Positions 38,438 to 48,744 of a stretch of 61,873 nucleotides of DNA are shown in pieces; position 1 is the first letter of the stretch, and every line of letters starts with the position of its first letter. Source of the stretch: Patescibacteria group bacterium (GTDB lineage: Archaea; Nanobdellota; Nanobdellia; Pacearchaeales; GW2011-AR1). Under the pieces are notes generated by a model that was not told where the DNA came from, searched no databases, and saw only the letters and a list, made by a program, of their open reading frames with translations. The translations under genes and the position numbers were made by a program. The DNA lies in the NCBI GenBank assembly GCA_019428815.1, contig JAHYJW010000004.1, positions 1 through 61,873 of the forward strand, read 5' to 3'.

Positions 38438-39337
38438 ATGGCCTCAACAAACCAATCTCCCCAATATCAAAAAGCAGAGGGAATGTATTTACAAGCAAGA
38501 AATGATGAAGAAAGACTGAGATATCTTGAAGAAATGATCAGGGAATGTCCCAAACATAAATCTTCTGAAAAAATGCTTGCACAATTAAAAACGAGAAAGA
38601 AGAAACTTTTAGAAAAAATAAACAAAATAAAAAAAAGGGGGAAGGGGAAGAAGGAAGGAATAAAAAAGGAGGATTTACAAGCGGTTATAGTAGGTTTCAC
38701 AAATACCGGAAAATCTTCATTAATTTCTATTTTAACGAATGCTTCTCCAGAGATTACCCCCTACCATTTTACAACAAAAAAACCAGTAATTGGGATGTTA
38801 AACTATGAAGGAACGCCTATTCAAATTATAGAGGTCCCCTCTTTTGAGTCTGAGTATTATGATAGGGGGGTAGTTAATACTGCAGATTTGATTATTATTT
38901 TAGTGACTTCTCTTGAACAAATAGAAAGAATAAAAGAAGACTTAAAAAATGCCCACGGAAAAAAACTGGTAGTATTTAATTTACAGGGTTTTGAAGATGA
39001 AAGGAAAATTAATGCTACATTACAAAGTAAAAGGTATAATTTTATGAGCATCTCAACAAAAAATGGTAAGGGTATTGAAGACTTAAAAGAAAAAATTTTT
39101 CAGAATTTTGAAAAGATTAGAATTTTTACGAAAGAACCGGGAAAGGGAAAATCTCAAAAGCCAATAATTTTAGATTCAGGCACAACAATAAAAGAAATTG
39201 CAGAAAGGATTCTTAAAAATGTAAAAGAAATAAAAGAAATAAAAATTTGGGGTCCTAGTTCCAAATTTCCAGGGCAAAGGGTTGGAATCAAACATATTCT
39301 AAAAGATTTAGATGTTGTAGAATTTAAAACGTATTAA
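38438..39337 (+). CDS. DRG/Obg-family GTPase with TGS domain (shortened)
   Basis: PKHKSSEKM, GFTNTGKSS, YHFTT, IWGPSSKFPGQRVG. Confidence 0.87.
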   Translation: MASTNQSPQYQKAEGMYLQARNDEERLRYLEEMIRECPKHKSSEKMLAQLKTRKKKLLEKINKIKKRGKGKKEGIKKEDLQAVIVGFTNTGKSSLISILTNASPEITPYHFTTKKPVIGMLNYEGTPIQIIEVPSFESEYYDRGVVNTADLIIILVTSLEQIERIKEDLKNAHGKKLVVFNLQGFEDERKINATLQSKRYNFMSISTKNGKGIEDLKEKIFQNFEKIRIFTKEPGKGKSQKPIILDSGTTIKEIAERILKNVKEIKEIKIWGPSSKFPGQRVGIKHILKDLDVVEFKTY

Positions 39338-39359
39338 GAAAAAGAAAAGATTATCAATT

Positions 39360-40337
39360 TTATTGATTTTTCCTTATAAGAGAAATGATCTCCTCTAAAT
39401 ATCTGGATATTGCATTTTTTAAATCAGAAGGATGAATCTTTTCTGATTCAAACATTTTCTCTAATTTAGGATAATCTTCAATTAAAATATCCCCCCCATA
39501 TCTTTTCTCTCTTTTTATTTTCAATTCTCCAAATTGAGGGAAGATAATTGTTTTAGCTATAGACAACAGAGGATTGTTTGTGACGTCTCCTACTTTACAA
39601 TAAGCTCTCCCAATCTTTTTCTCAATATCCTCTTTTTTATCTTTAATAGAGATTAAACTCTCCGGAACAGAACTAGACATCTTTCCCCCAGGTCCCTTAA
39701 GACTCGGAATTATAGGGGTGTACAAATAAACTGCTTCAGGAAGATCAATTTCTTTTCCGATATCTAATCCCAGCATATAAATTTTTCTTTGGTCTGTGCC
39801 TGCAACCACAAAATTAGTTCCTAGTGCATGAACATCTGCTATTTGCATAAGTGGATAAATTATCTGACTTATTCGCGTATTTTCTGTATTTCTTACAACT
39901 TGTTGGATAGAACGAATACCCCTTTGAAGAGTTGTTTTTAATGCTAATTTAAGCACATTCTCCATATATTCTGGTTTTCTTTGAAAATCAGTTCCTTTGA
40001 TAAATTCTGCCTTTAAACCCATAGCTTTGAAAGCTTTTTCCCATTGTTTTACTTGACTATTTACAAAACCCCAATCCCCTTTTTGATTGAGCCAAGTATG
40101 CCAATCAGCAAGAAGAATCTTTATTTTTATCCCTGCTTTTTGAAGATCTAAAAGTTTCATTACAGTTACCAAATGACCAAGATGAATATCTCCTGAACAC
40201 TCATAGCCACAATAAGCAACTCCTTTTTTCATAAAATTTTCAATTTGTTGTACATTTATGATTTCTTCAGTATTCATCTTTATCAGTTCAATTTTCTCAT
40301 CAATTTTTCTTCTCATAGATAAGTTACATACCCCCAA
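39360..40337 (-). CDS. tyrS: Tyrosyl-tRNA synthetase (archaeal type)
   Basis: HLGH, LLADWH, YPLMQIAD, GTDQRK, KMSSS, IHPSDLK. Confidence 0.95.
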   Translation of the reverse strand: MGVCNLSMRRKIDEKIELIKMNTEEIINVQQIENFMKKGVAYCGYECSGDIHLGHLVTVMKLLDLQKAGIKIKILLADWHTWLNQKGDWGFVNSQVKQWEKAFKAMGLKAEFIKGTDFQRKPEYMENVLKLALKTTLQRGIRSIQQVVRNTENTRISQIIYPLMQIADVHALGTNFVVAGTDQRKIYMLGLDIGKEIDLPEAVYLYTPIIPSLKGPGGKMSSSVPESLISIKDKKEDIEKKIGRAYCKVGDVTNNPLLSIAKTIIFPQFGELKIKREKRYGGDILIEDYPKLEKMFESEKIHPSDLKNAISRYLEEIISLIRKNQ

Positions 40338-40400
40338 TTATTAAATGTTTTTGTTCCATTCATTAAAAAGAATAAATATTAAAAAAACCAGAATTACAAA

Positions 40401-40577
40401 TTAAAGAGAGATAGCTTTTTGGGGGCAGGAATTTGCAGCTTTCTTCTCACATACTAAATCTTTGGAGATTTTTTTAACTCTTGCCTTCCCATCAGAAACT
40501 TCAAAACTTTTAGGGCAAATTGAAGCACAAAGTCCACAACCAATACACTTCTCTTCATCAATTTTTACTTTTCCCAT
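40401..40577 (-). CDS. Ferredoxin (58 aa)
   Basis: Manual ORF MGKVKIDEEKCIGCGLCASICPKSF...AANSCPQKAISL; GAGGT upstream. Confidence 0.92.
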   Translation of the reverse strand: MGKVKIDEEKCIGCGLCASICPKSFEVSDGKARVKKISKDLVCEKKAANSCPQKAISL

Positions 40578-41400
40578 TATACCTCCTATCTAATTTTAAT
40601 TCTTGAAAGGTTTCTCTTTCTTTCTGATAAAAGATTCCTAAAGGTATCTTTGATTCTACAGAGACGTAATCAAATTCTTCGGATTTACAAAATGCTTGAG
40701 ATAAATCTTCTTTATTATGCCCAGATTCTTGTAGATTATAAAATCTATTTTCGTAAGTGTTATGATGGAAGATTAAACAAGGTTGAATAATCTCAATAAA
40801 TACAAACCCCTTATGATTTTTTGATTTTTCGAGGATATCCCTAACTTGCTCAGAATTTGCAAATACTCTTGCCACAAAACTTGCTCCAGAAGAAAGCATT
40901 AATTTGAGGGGGTTAAGGGGTAATAAAAAATTTCCAGAAGGATTTGATTTATCGATATACCCTTTTTCAGTCACAGGAGTTGGTTGGCCTAAAGTCAAGG
41001 CAAATACCTGATTATTATGGACTATATATGTAAAATCAGTATTAAATCTCGCGGCATGGATAGTATGTTCGATTCCCTCTGCATAAGCATCTCCATCACC
41101 TGAAAAACCAAAAACTTTCAATTTTGGTTTGGCTAATTTAATTCCAGTACAAGTAGGGGGAACTCTTCCATGAAGGGTATTTGCCCCTGGAAGGTTTAGA
41201 TAATCAAATATCTTAGAATTACAACCAATTCCAGAAACAATTGCAAAATCATCTAATTTTTTTCCTTTTTTTATCTCATTCTCTAAAAAATTTTGAACTC
41301 CAGAAAGTATCTGAAAGTTAAAACATCCCGGACACCAGGTAGGTAAGATAGTTGTTCTTAAAGATTTATTTTTATTTATTTTTGTTTTATCTGAACTCAT
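40558..41400 (-). CDS. 2-oxoacid:ferredoxin oxidoreductase beta subunit
   Basis: TWCPGCFN, SGIGC, LHGR, GDGD TPP motif, GQPTP, QPC. Confidence 0.93.
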   Translation of the reverse strand: MSSDKTKINKNKSLRTTILPTWCPGCFNFQILSGVQNFLENEIKKGKKLDDFAIVSGIGCNSKIFDYLNLPGANTLHGRVPPTCTGIKLAKPKLKVFGFSGDGDAYAEGIEHTIHAARFNTDFTYIVHNNQVFALTLGQPTPVTEKGYIDKSNPSGNFLLPLNPLKLMLSSGASFVARVFANSEQVRDILEKSKNHKGFVFIEIIQPCLIFHHNTYENRFYNLQESGHNKEDLSQAFCKSEEFDYVSVESKIPLGIFYQKERETFQELKLDRRYNGKSKN

Positions 41401-42896
41401 TTTATTCTTTTTTTTATCTCGTTTTTAATTACATCACTAAAAAATTGTCTCCCATCATATTTTAAAATTTTATTTTTTTCAGGGATTACATAACCAAAAT
41501 TTTTAGAGATTAATTTAGAAAATGGTGAGTCGGAGTTGTTTTCAACAACAATAACTTTTTTAGCAGATTTTATTTCTTTTTCTAATTTTTTTGGTAAAGG
41601 TTCAAGATAAGGCACATGGATCATCTTACAATTCAATTCTTTAGTAGCATCTAAAACTGGACCCTTAGTACTCCCCCAAGTTAAAACGAGATTTTTGCTT
41701 TGGGTATTGCCAAAAACTTCAAGGCTATTTAATTTTTCTAATTCTTGAAGGATTTTCTCTCGTTTAAGTTTTCTCCTTTCTGCAGCTTTAAAAAGATCTT
41801 CTGCTTTTTCGCTAATCTCTCCTTTTATATCTGTTTCGTAGCTCGAAAATCTTTTGGGCCAAGAGATGTTTTTTATAGATTTTTTTAATCTTGGTTTTTG
41901 AGTTTCTAAGTAGACACTTTCTGCAAGGTGTTTATCCGAGAGTATTATTCCTGGAACCTTATATTTCTGGGTTAAATAAAATAATTCTGAAACCCTTTCC
42001 ATTGCTTCAGTAGGGTCTCCTGGAGCAACAACTATTCTTGTAAATTCTCCATGTCCAGAACAACAAGCTACATCTAAATCCCCTTGTCCAGTTCCAGTTG
42101 GAAATCCAGTTCCAGGACCAAATCTTTGAGCGAGATAAAAAACAACAGGTATTCCTGAAGCACCAATAAAACTAAGAAATTCAGTCATTAAATCAAAACC
42201 CCCTCCGCTGGTTCCCACCATAACTTTAGCACCAGTAATAGCACTTCCCGTAGCAGCTGCAATATCTGCAATTTCATTTTCTAAACCAACAACATAATGA
42301 GAATTATCCTTTTGTCTTTTAGCTAATTCTACTAACAACCCTGTTGCAGGAGTCATAGGATATGCATAATAAAAATCTAATCCAGATTTGATTGCAGAAA
42401 GAGCAATTGCTTCGCTCCCATCCATTAAAAGAATATTCTTTCTTTTTTTAATTAATGGAAGTTCAATTTTTCTCTTCTCAGAATCATAACCTTTTTTAGC
42501 TTCCTTTAAAGCTTCTTCTGCATTTCTAACCCCTTTAAGATTATTTTCCAGTGAATCAAAACCTAAATTCAATAATTTAAAAATTGCGCCAATATAAAAT
42601 GAATTTTCTTCTCCCTCCTGATAAATAATTGTTTTTTTATGGGTATTTTTTTCATGAATTTTTCTAGAAAGTTTATCTAAAGGAATTAAAATATCAATAC
42701 CAGAGGTATTGCTCATTACCTTCTCTGTTGAGAAAGTAATAGTGTTATAATTATGGCCACCTCGGACCATAGACTGATATTCTCTTGAGCAAAATAAATA
42801 ATAACCTTTTTGCGCCAATCCCTGAGAAATTAAACCTGCAAGAAAATTGGGACCTTGCCCCGCAGGGCCGCCACAAACAATATTCCACCTCATCAT
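41397..42896 (-). CDS. 2-oxoacid:ferredoxin oxidoreductase alpha subunit (gamma-alpha fusion)
   Basis: GGPAGQG, VRGGHN, YPMTPAT, ENEI, TSGGGFDLMTE, HGEF. Confidence 0.93.
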   Translation of the reverse strand: MMRWNIVCGGPAGQGPNFLAGLISQGLAQKGYYLFCSREYQSMVRGGHNYNTITFSTEKVMSNTSGIDILIPLDKLSRKIHEKNTHKKTIIYQEGEENSFYIGAIFKLLNLGFDSLENNLKGVRNAEEALKEAKKGYDSEKRKIELPLIKKRKNILLMDGSEAIALSAIKSGLDFYYAYPMTPATGLLVELAKRQKDNSHYVVGLENEIADIAAATGSAITGAKVMVGTSGGGFDLMTEFLSFIGASGIPVVFYLAQRFGPGTGFPTGTGQGDLDVACCSGHGEFTRIVVAPGDPTEAMERVSELFYLTQKYKVPGIILSDKHLAESVYLETQKPRLKKSIKNISWPKRFSSYETDIKGEISEKAEDLFKAAERRKLKREKILQELEKLNSLEVFGNTQSKNLVLTWGSTKGPVLDATKELNCKMIHVPYLEPLPKKLEKEIKSAKKVIVVENNSDSPFSKLISKNFGYVIPEKNKILKYDGRQFFSDVIKNEIKKRIK

Positions 42897-42970
42897 AAAA
42901 AATAGAGTAAAGGCTATTTAAATCTTACTTGATAATTTTAAAAAAAAATAAAAATAAAAAACAACACAAA

Positions 42971-43564
42971 TCACTTTTTGAATTTGTTAGTAATAAAATA
43001 CTTTTTGCCCTTTATTCCTTTATCGTAAAGCCTCTTAGTATAACCCACATTATCAATTTGATCCTCTTGTATCCCTAGTTCATTTAAAACTTCCAAGATT
43101 TTATTTCGAGCCTTACTAACTTCACTTCTTTTTGCAAGGTATTCAATTTCAAGATAGGTGCCTACATTTTTAACATGATTAATCTCAATTACAACTCTTT
43201 TATCTTTTTTATAAAGATACGATTCTGTATGTTTTCTCTTCTTAACCCATGGTTCAAAACTAAGATCCTCCAAAAGAGCTAAAAAATTCCTCATTTGATC
43301 TCGATTTAGTATCTCAAATTCATATTCTTCTTTTACAACAACGCCCTCTTTCCAAAGTTTTTTAAGATGTTTTTTAAAATTAACAGTATACTTTTTACCG
43401 TCATATCTTATTCTGAATGCTTTTTTAGGATAACCTTTAGGATTAAATGCAAAGTAATCGTCACCCCGGCTTTCTGTTTTTTCATGGATTGCAATGCTTT
43501 TTATAATTTTTCTTAGAAGGGCAACATTATCAATTCGTGCTTTTGTTTCGACCTCTAGTAACAT
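42971..43564 (-). CDS. CYTH-domain protein (class IV adenylate cyclase/triphosphatase-like)
   Basis: EVETK, FRIR, VKKRK, YLEIE, GYTK. Confidence 0.85.
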   Translation of the reverse strand: MLLEVETKARIDNVALLRKIIKSIAIHEKTESRGDDYFAFNPKGYPKKAFRIRYDGKKYTVNFKKHLKKLWKEGVVVKEEYEFEILNRDQMRNFLALLEDLSFEPWVKKRKHTESYLYKKDKRVVIEINHVKNVGTYLEIEYLAKRSEVSKARNKILEVLNELGIQEDQIDNVGYTKRLYDKGIKGKKYFITNKFKK

Positions 43565-43602
43565 TTTTTACCTCTTTTTTGATTTATTCCACTTAAGAAT
43601 TT

Positions 43603-45552
43603 TTACCTTTTAAATCCTTCTTTTATTTTAATCTTTATTTCGTCAATGCACTCCTTATTAACAATAGTAGAGAGTTCACCTAATTCTTCATCTCTTAATA
43701 AAGACTTTAAAATTCTCCTCATTATTTTTCCGGAACGAGTTTTAGGAAGATCTTCTACAAAATAAATTTCTTTAGGCCTTGCAATGGGCCCAATCTGGGT
43801 ATTAACAAGAGAAGTAATTTCTTTACGAATCCTTTCTTCTTTTCTACTCTCTAATTTTTTCTTTGGCATAGCAAATACCACGATTTCTTCACCCTTAATT
43901 TTATCAGGTCTTGAAACAACTGCAACATCTCCGATACTCTTACTCTTATGAATTGCGTGTTCTAACTCCGCTGTTGAAAGCCGATGTCCTGCAACCTTAA
44001 TCACGTCATCACTTCTCCCAAGGATTTTTATAAATCCGTTAGGGTAAAGAACAGCTGCATCTCCTGTAATGTAATAATCCACTTTTTTTCCATTTAATTT
44101 AAAATAAGTTTCTTTGTATTTTTTTTCATTTTTCCAAACTCCCCTCAACATTGCTGGAGAAAAGGGGGGGAATTGAACCAAAAGGCCTTTTCCTTTTTTT
44201 AAAATTCGCCCGGTTTCACTAACAACCCCGTACTTTGTTCCAGGAAGACTTCTTCCCGCAATTCCAGGCATAAAAGGTCCAACACCTGGAAGAGAATTAA
44301 TTACATTTGTTCCAGTTTCAGTTTGCCACCAAGTATCAATAACCGGAAGATTTCCTTTCCCAATTTTTTTGAAGTACCATTTCCAAGTCACTTCATCAAT
44401 TGGTTCCCCTACAGAACCTAAAATTTTCAATGAATCCATTTTTTTAGGAACCCATTTATCTCCCCAAAGAATAAACATTCTTAATGCCGTAGGAGCAGTA
44501 TAAAATGCAGATACTTTATACTTGTTAATTATTTTCCAAAATCTCCCAGGGTTAGGATAATTTGGGATCCCCTCATACATCAAAGTTGTAAAACCATTCA
44601 GTAAAGGACCGTAACATAAATAAGTATGTCCGGTGACCCATCCAATATCTGCAGTACACCAAATTATTTCTCCTTCTTTAAGATTAAAATTCCATTTAGT
44701 GGTATACATTGCTTGAACAGAATACCCCCCGCTTTCGTGAATAACACCTTTAGGTTTCCCAGTTGTCCCAGAAGTATACAAAATAAAAAGGGGTTCATTA
44801 CTTTCCATTGTTTCAGGTTCACAGTATTCACCTGCTTTTAATAAAAGTTCATCGTACCATTCTTGACCTTTTTTTAAAGCTCTTTTTTTATCAAAACGGT
44901 TTATTACGATAGTTCTCTTTAATTTTGTCTCTTTTATTCCTTCTTCTGCCCTTTGGAGTAATTTTTCTTTTTCTCCTTTTCTATAATAACCGTCCGCAGT
45001 TATCAATAATTTTGCTTCTCCATCTAAAACTCTAACTTTAAGTGCATCTGAAGAAAAACCGGAAAAAACAATACTATGAATTGCTCCGATTCTTGCACAT
45101 GCTAACATAGAAATAATAACCTCCGGAATTAAAGGAAGATAAATACAAACCACATCTCCTTTCTTAATTCCTTTTTGTTTTAAAACGTTAGCGAATTTGT
45201 TAACCTCCTTCCAAAGTTCTTTATAAGTATAAATTCTTTCTTTTTCATCCTCTTTTTCTGGAACCCAAATAATCGCTTTGTTATCCCCCAAACGATATAA
45301 ATGTCTATCTAAAGCATTATAACATATATTCAGTTTACCTCCAAGAAACCATTTAAAAAACTCACCTTTTTGTTCGTATCCCTTTTTCCATTTTTCCTTC
45401 CAGGAAATTCCTTCTTCTGCAAGTTTCTCCCAGAATTTTATAGGATCTTTAGCAGCTTCGCCATAAATTTTTTCATCAGAAATCCAGGATTCATTTTTTG
45501 AATCTTTTGTTGGAACATAAAATCTTCCTTTTTTTAAAACCCTCTTTTTCAT
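43603..45552 (-). CDS. acs: Acetyl-CoA synthetase (AMP-forming)
   Basis: YTSGTTGKPKG, TADIGWVTGH, DTWWQTETG, PKTRSGKIMRR. Confidence 0.96.
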   Translation of the reverse strand: MKKRVLKKGRFYVPTKDSKNESWISDEKIYGEAAKDPIKFWEKLAEEGISWKEKWKKGYEQKGEFFKWFLGGKLNICYNALDRHLYRLGDNKAIIWVPEKEDEKERIYTYKELWKEVNKFANVLKQKGIKKGDVVCIYLPLIPEVIISMLACARIGAIHSIVFSGFSSDALKVRVLDGEAKLLITADGYYRKGEKEKLLQRAEEGIKETKLKRTIVINRFDKKRALKKGQEWYDELLLKAGEYCEPETMESNEPLFILYTSGTTGKPKGVIHESGGYSVQAMYTTKWNFNLKEGEIIWCTADIGWVTGHTYLCYGPLLNGFTTLMYEGIPNYPNPGRFWKIINKYKVSAFYTAPTALRMFILWGDKWVPKKMDSLKILGSVGEPIDEVTWKWYFKKIGKGNLPVIDTWWQTETGTNVINSLPGVGPFMPGIAGRSLPGTKYGVVSETGRILKKGKGLLVQFPPFSPAMLRGVWKNEKKYKETYFKLNGKKVDYYITGDAAVLYPNGFIKILGRSDDVIKVAGHRLSTAELEHAIHKSKSIGDVAVVSRPDKIKGEEIVVFAMPKKKLESRKEERIRKEITSLVNTQIGPIARPKEIYFVEDLPKTRSGKIMRRILKSLLRDEELGELSTIVNKECIDEIKIKIKEGFKR

Positions 45553-45700
45553 TTTTTGCTTTTATTTTTTAACTCCGAAGTTTATGATATAAAATTATTT
45601 TAGTTTTTAAAGTTTATTTTAAAGTTTGTAGTTCAATAAAGATTCAATTATTTATGTATCAAATAAATTTAATTTCCCTTTTTCTTTAAGAAAATATTTT

Positions 45701-46708
45701 TTAAGAAGCAGGGTCTCTAACAGCTCCAAATACTATATTCCCGGTACAACTTCCAGCTACGCCCATAGGAACATAAATTCTCCAGAAACTAGGTTTAATG
45801 GCGTTATTAATAACATCATCTGTTCGCTTATTTAAATTAAATTCATAAACATTAACTTCAGTTGTTTTTGTTAAATTTGTATATGTTCCTTCAAATTCTC
45901 CAAAAGAAAGAGCCCCGGGAGTTGATTCAGTTAAATTGAACTTTTCATAGAATATAGAAATAAACCCGATAGCTCCTAGGCTACAATTCATTGCATAATT
46001 ATCCCCAGGAGTCTGCGCATAACCACTTAAAGTCAAATTTAGTTCGACATTACCATAATTAGTTACATTTGCTAATTGTTCATCTGAAACAAAAGTTGCA
46101 TTAACCTGTCCATAATTTATTGAATCTGGAAGCCCAATAGCCAACAGCTCATTAACAGACTGAGTACTACTATTAAAAGTTGTCCAACCCTCTGAATCTG
46201 TAACTAAAACACTTGCATTCCATAATCCTTCGTTGGCATAGTATTCTAAATAAAGGGTACAATTTGATTCAATTTCATACTCGTCCCCATAAGAGGTGTT
46301 TATATCACAACTGATGTTTGTATAATGGATGCTGTTATTATCAGCTCCCCCATAAAGAGAATTAGAATTATCAAAAAATTCTAAAGAAACATTATCTATG
46401 TCTCCTTCCCCATTAAAATCTCTCGCAATAACAATTACTGAAAGAAGAGTCGTAGAATTAGGTGTTAAATCAATAGAATATCCATCATTAATAGTAATAG
46501 ATAATATCTCAGGATAAACATTTCCAATATCCAGTTGAGAATTAACTGTAACATTTTCCCCTATACCCGCAGAAACTCTCGGAAATGAAAATACAAAAAA
46601 AGTACTAATTGCTAAAAATTGTAAAATAGCTAAAGCGAATATCAAGATTCCTAAAAACAAAAATTTCTTACTAATTTTTATTTTTTTATTTTTAAGTTTT
46701 ATTCTCAT
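45701..46708 (-). CDS. Secreted Asn-rich beta protein
   Basis: Signal/TM, many N-x-S/T sequons, C-terminal WRIYVPMGVAGSCTGNIVFGA. Confidence 0.78.
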   Translation of the reverse strand: MRIKLKNKKIKISKKFLFLGILIFALAILQFLAISTFFVFSFPRVSAGIGENVTVNSQLDIGNVYPEILSITINDGYSIDLTPNSTTLLSVIVIARDFNGEGDIDNVSLEFFDNSNSLYGGADNNSIHYTNISCDINTSYGDEYEIESNCTLYLEYYANEGLWNASVLVTDSEGWTTFNSSTQSVNELLAIGLPDSINYGQVNATFVSDEQLANVTNYGNVELNLTLSGYAQTPGDNYAMNCSLGAIGFISIFYEKFNLTESTPGALSFGEFEGTYTNLTKTTEVNVYEFNLNKRTDDVINNAIKPSFWRIYVPMGVAGSCTGNIVFGAVRDPAS

Positions 46709-46794
46709 CTCTTTTTATGAAGCTGCTTAAATTTAAGAAGCTAATTTAATAATGATCTTTTTATTTATAAACTTTACTTTATTTTTAATTTTAA

Positions 46795-47556
46795 TTAGAC
46801 TAATTCTATATAAAGGTAATATGCTGTGGCTCCCTCCCAATCAGAATTTCCTCTTTCAGGAACAATCATCTGAAAATCATATTTATTACCGTCATATCCC
46901 TCAATAGAGTCCTCTAAGATTGTAGTATAGATAAGATTCCCAGGGGAAAGGTAATCAACACCATCAAAAAGAACAACTTCTTGAAAAGATTCGTTTTGCG
47001 AGGTATCGTTTATATAAGTATAAAGAGAAGGGCAGGAATCTGAGAGGATGTGTGTAGTACCTACATAAAAATCATCATGAGTATTCCCCGAAAAAGTAGC
47101 GGTTAAATTATCATTTGGATTTGAATGGTTCAAAATAATATTCTCTGATTCTAAGATATCACTATTTGCACATTTAATCTGGTCCCATTGAACAAGCGTA
47201 TCATTACGTGTTGCATAAACATTTCCAGAGATTGTGGCAAGTTGCCAGTCATATATAGTAGAACCATTACTGTTATCAAGGGTAAATAATCCAAAAACCC
47301 ATCCAACAAATGCTTTCCAACGAGGATTTTGGATTGAAGCAGTGATATTCAAAGAGGAGATATAACCCCCAGATATATTCACCTCTACTCCTGGCAAAGC
47401 TAACTTTGTTTCGTTGCCGGTGATGTTTATTGAATCTGGGCCAGTTTGTTCTGCAACAACAAAAGAAGTAGTTAAAAGAATAACAATTAAAGAGGCTATT
47501 AAAACAATTAGGTTTAAAGGAAAATTTTTCAATTTAATTTTTTTATTTAAATCCAT
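46795..47556 (-). CDS. Secreted surface subunit (paralogue of 47764..48561)
   Basis: WKAFVGWV...IYDW...GNVYAT...YDFQMIVPE...YYLYIELV; GGTGAT RBS. Confidence 0.8.
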   Translation of the reverse strand: MDLNKKIKLKNFPLNLIVLIASLIVILLTTSFVVAEQTGPDSINITGNETKLALPGVEVNISGGYISSLNITASIQNPRWKAFVGWVFGLFTLDNSNGSTIYDWQLATISGNVYATRNDTLVQWDQIKCANSDILESENIILNHSNPNDNLTATFSGNTHDDFYVGTTHILSDSCPSLYTYINDTSQNESFQEVVLFDGVDYLSPGNLIYTTILEDSIEGYDGNKYDFQMIVPERGNSDWEGATAYYLYIELV

Positions 47557-47720
47557 ATCACCACTTTTTAATCATTTATAATAAGTATGTTAAATATATC
47601 TTAATGATTAAGATAATCAGTAAAAAATACTTTATAAATGTTTTTCTGTTTTTGGTATTCTCTTACCTTTATTAAAAATAATTTTAAAAAGAGAATTTAA
47701 AATTTATAAGAATAAAAACT

Positions 47721-47747
47721 GAAAAAGAAAAAGAAAAAGAAAAAGAA
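47721..47747 (-). terminator. (TTTTTC)4 oligo-T tract, probable archaeal terminator
   Basis: GAAAAA x4 on the + strand, just downstream of the 47764 stop codon. Confidence 0.5.
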
Positions 47748-47763
47748 TTTTACACAAAACTAA

Positions 47764-48561
47764 TTATTCTATATCTAAATAGAAATAATAAGTTGTGGTA
47801 TCAATATCGGTTCCCCTCCCATCTTCAAGAACAACCATCTGGAAGTCATGTGAACGGTTATCAAAACCCAATTTCTCAACTTCTAAAAGTGCTGTAAAGA
47901 CTACACTTCTGGAAGTAGGTTCATAAAGAAGTACATTTTGAAAAACCTCTCCTGCTTCATATGTAAGAAGTTTTGCCGTTGGACACAATGCATTAAATTC
48001 TAAGCTCGAGGTATAAAAAACACGATGGTCTTCAGAAATAAATGTATCATTTACACCATCCCCTGCATAACCTGGGATGTTAAACATGTTATGAAGCTGG
48101 GTATAATTAAGACCATTTTGGCTAACTAATCCACTTCCTCCAGGTGTGTTTGGTGTTTCTGCTCCAAATGTTCCGGCAGCAGTAAGATTAAAACACATTA
48201 TATCTAACCATTCTATACCTGTTCCGTTTGTACTTGCATAAACCTGTCCTCTTGGATGTGCTTGACTCCAATTATACATGATATTACTACTTGCATCTGC
48301 TAATCGGATTGTACCGCTAACATTCCCAAAGTAACCTTGCCAGGTCTTAGTAGTTGAAAAACTATGTAGGACTAGTTCTGTTAGATTACCTGCAAAGGCA
48401 TCATGTGATCCTGGAGCTTCGATAGGCGCTGTGGTTGATGAACCCTCTTCTACTCCTGCTCCCTGAATCTCAGCAAAAACAAAAGGAGTCATAGACAAGA
48501 TTAAAACTATACTCGAAACTATCAAAAGAATTCCGTACACACTTTTATTATCTTTTTTCAT
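47764..48561 (-). CDS. Secreted surface subunit, candidate major subunit
   Basis: WQGYFGNVSG...MYNW...GQVYAS...HDFQMVVLE...YYFYLDIE; strong RBS. Confidence 0.8.
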   Translation of the reverse strand: MKKDNKSVYGILLIVSSIVLILSMTPFVFAEIQGAGVEEGSSTTAPIEAPGSHDAFAGNLTELVLHSFSTTKTWQGYFGNVSGTIRLADASSNIMYNWSQAHPRGQVYASTNGTGIEWLDIMCFNLTAAGTFGAETPNTPGGSGLVSQNGLNYTQLHNMFNIPGYAGDGVNDTFISEDHRVFYTSSLEFNALCPTAKLLTYEAGEVFQNVLLYEPTSRSVVFTALLEVEKLGFDNRSHDFQMVVLEDGRGTDIDTTTYYFYLDIE

Positions 48562-48574
48562 ATCACCCCTCCTT
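48562..48574 (-). promoter_or_regulatory. Strong Shine-Dalgarno AAGGAGGGGTGAT
   Basis: Immediately 5' of the ATG at 48561; close to the archaeal GGAGGTGAT consensus. Confidence 0.7.
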
Positions 48575-48744
48575 TTTATTTAGTTTAATTAATAACAAAT
48601 TAGATTAATTAACAATAATCAGTTTATAAATTTTTTGAATTAAGAAGTTTTATTTAACAAACAAAGACAATAACCTGAATATTAAGGAAACTCTCCTTTA
48701 TTAAACAAAAACAAATTTAGAAAAATGGTTAACCCCTATTAATT

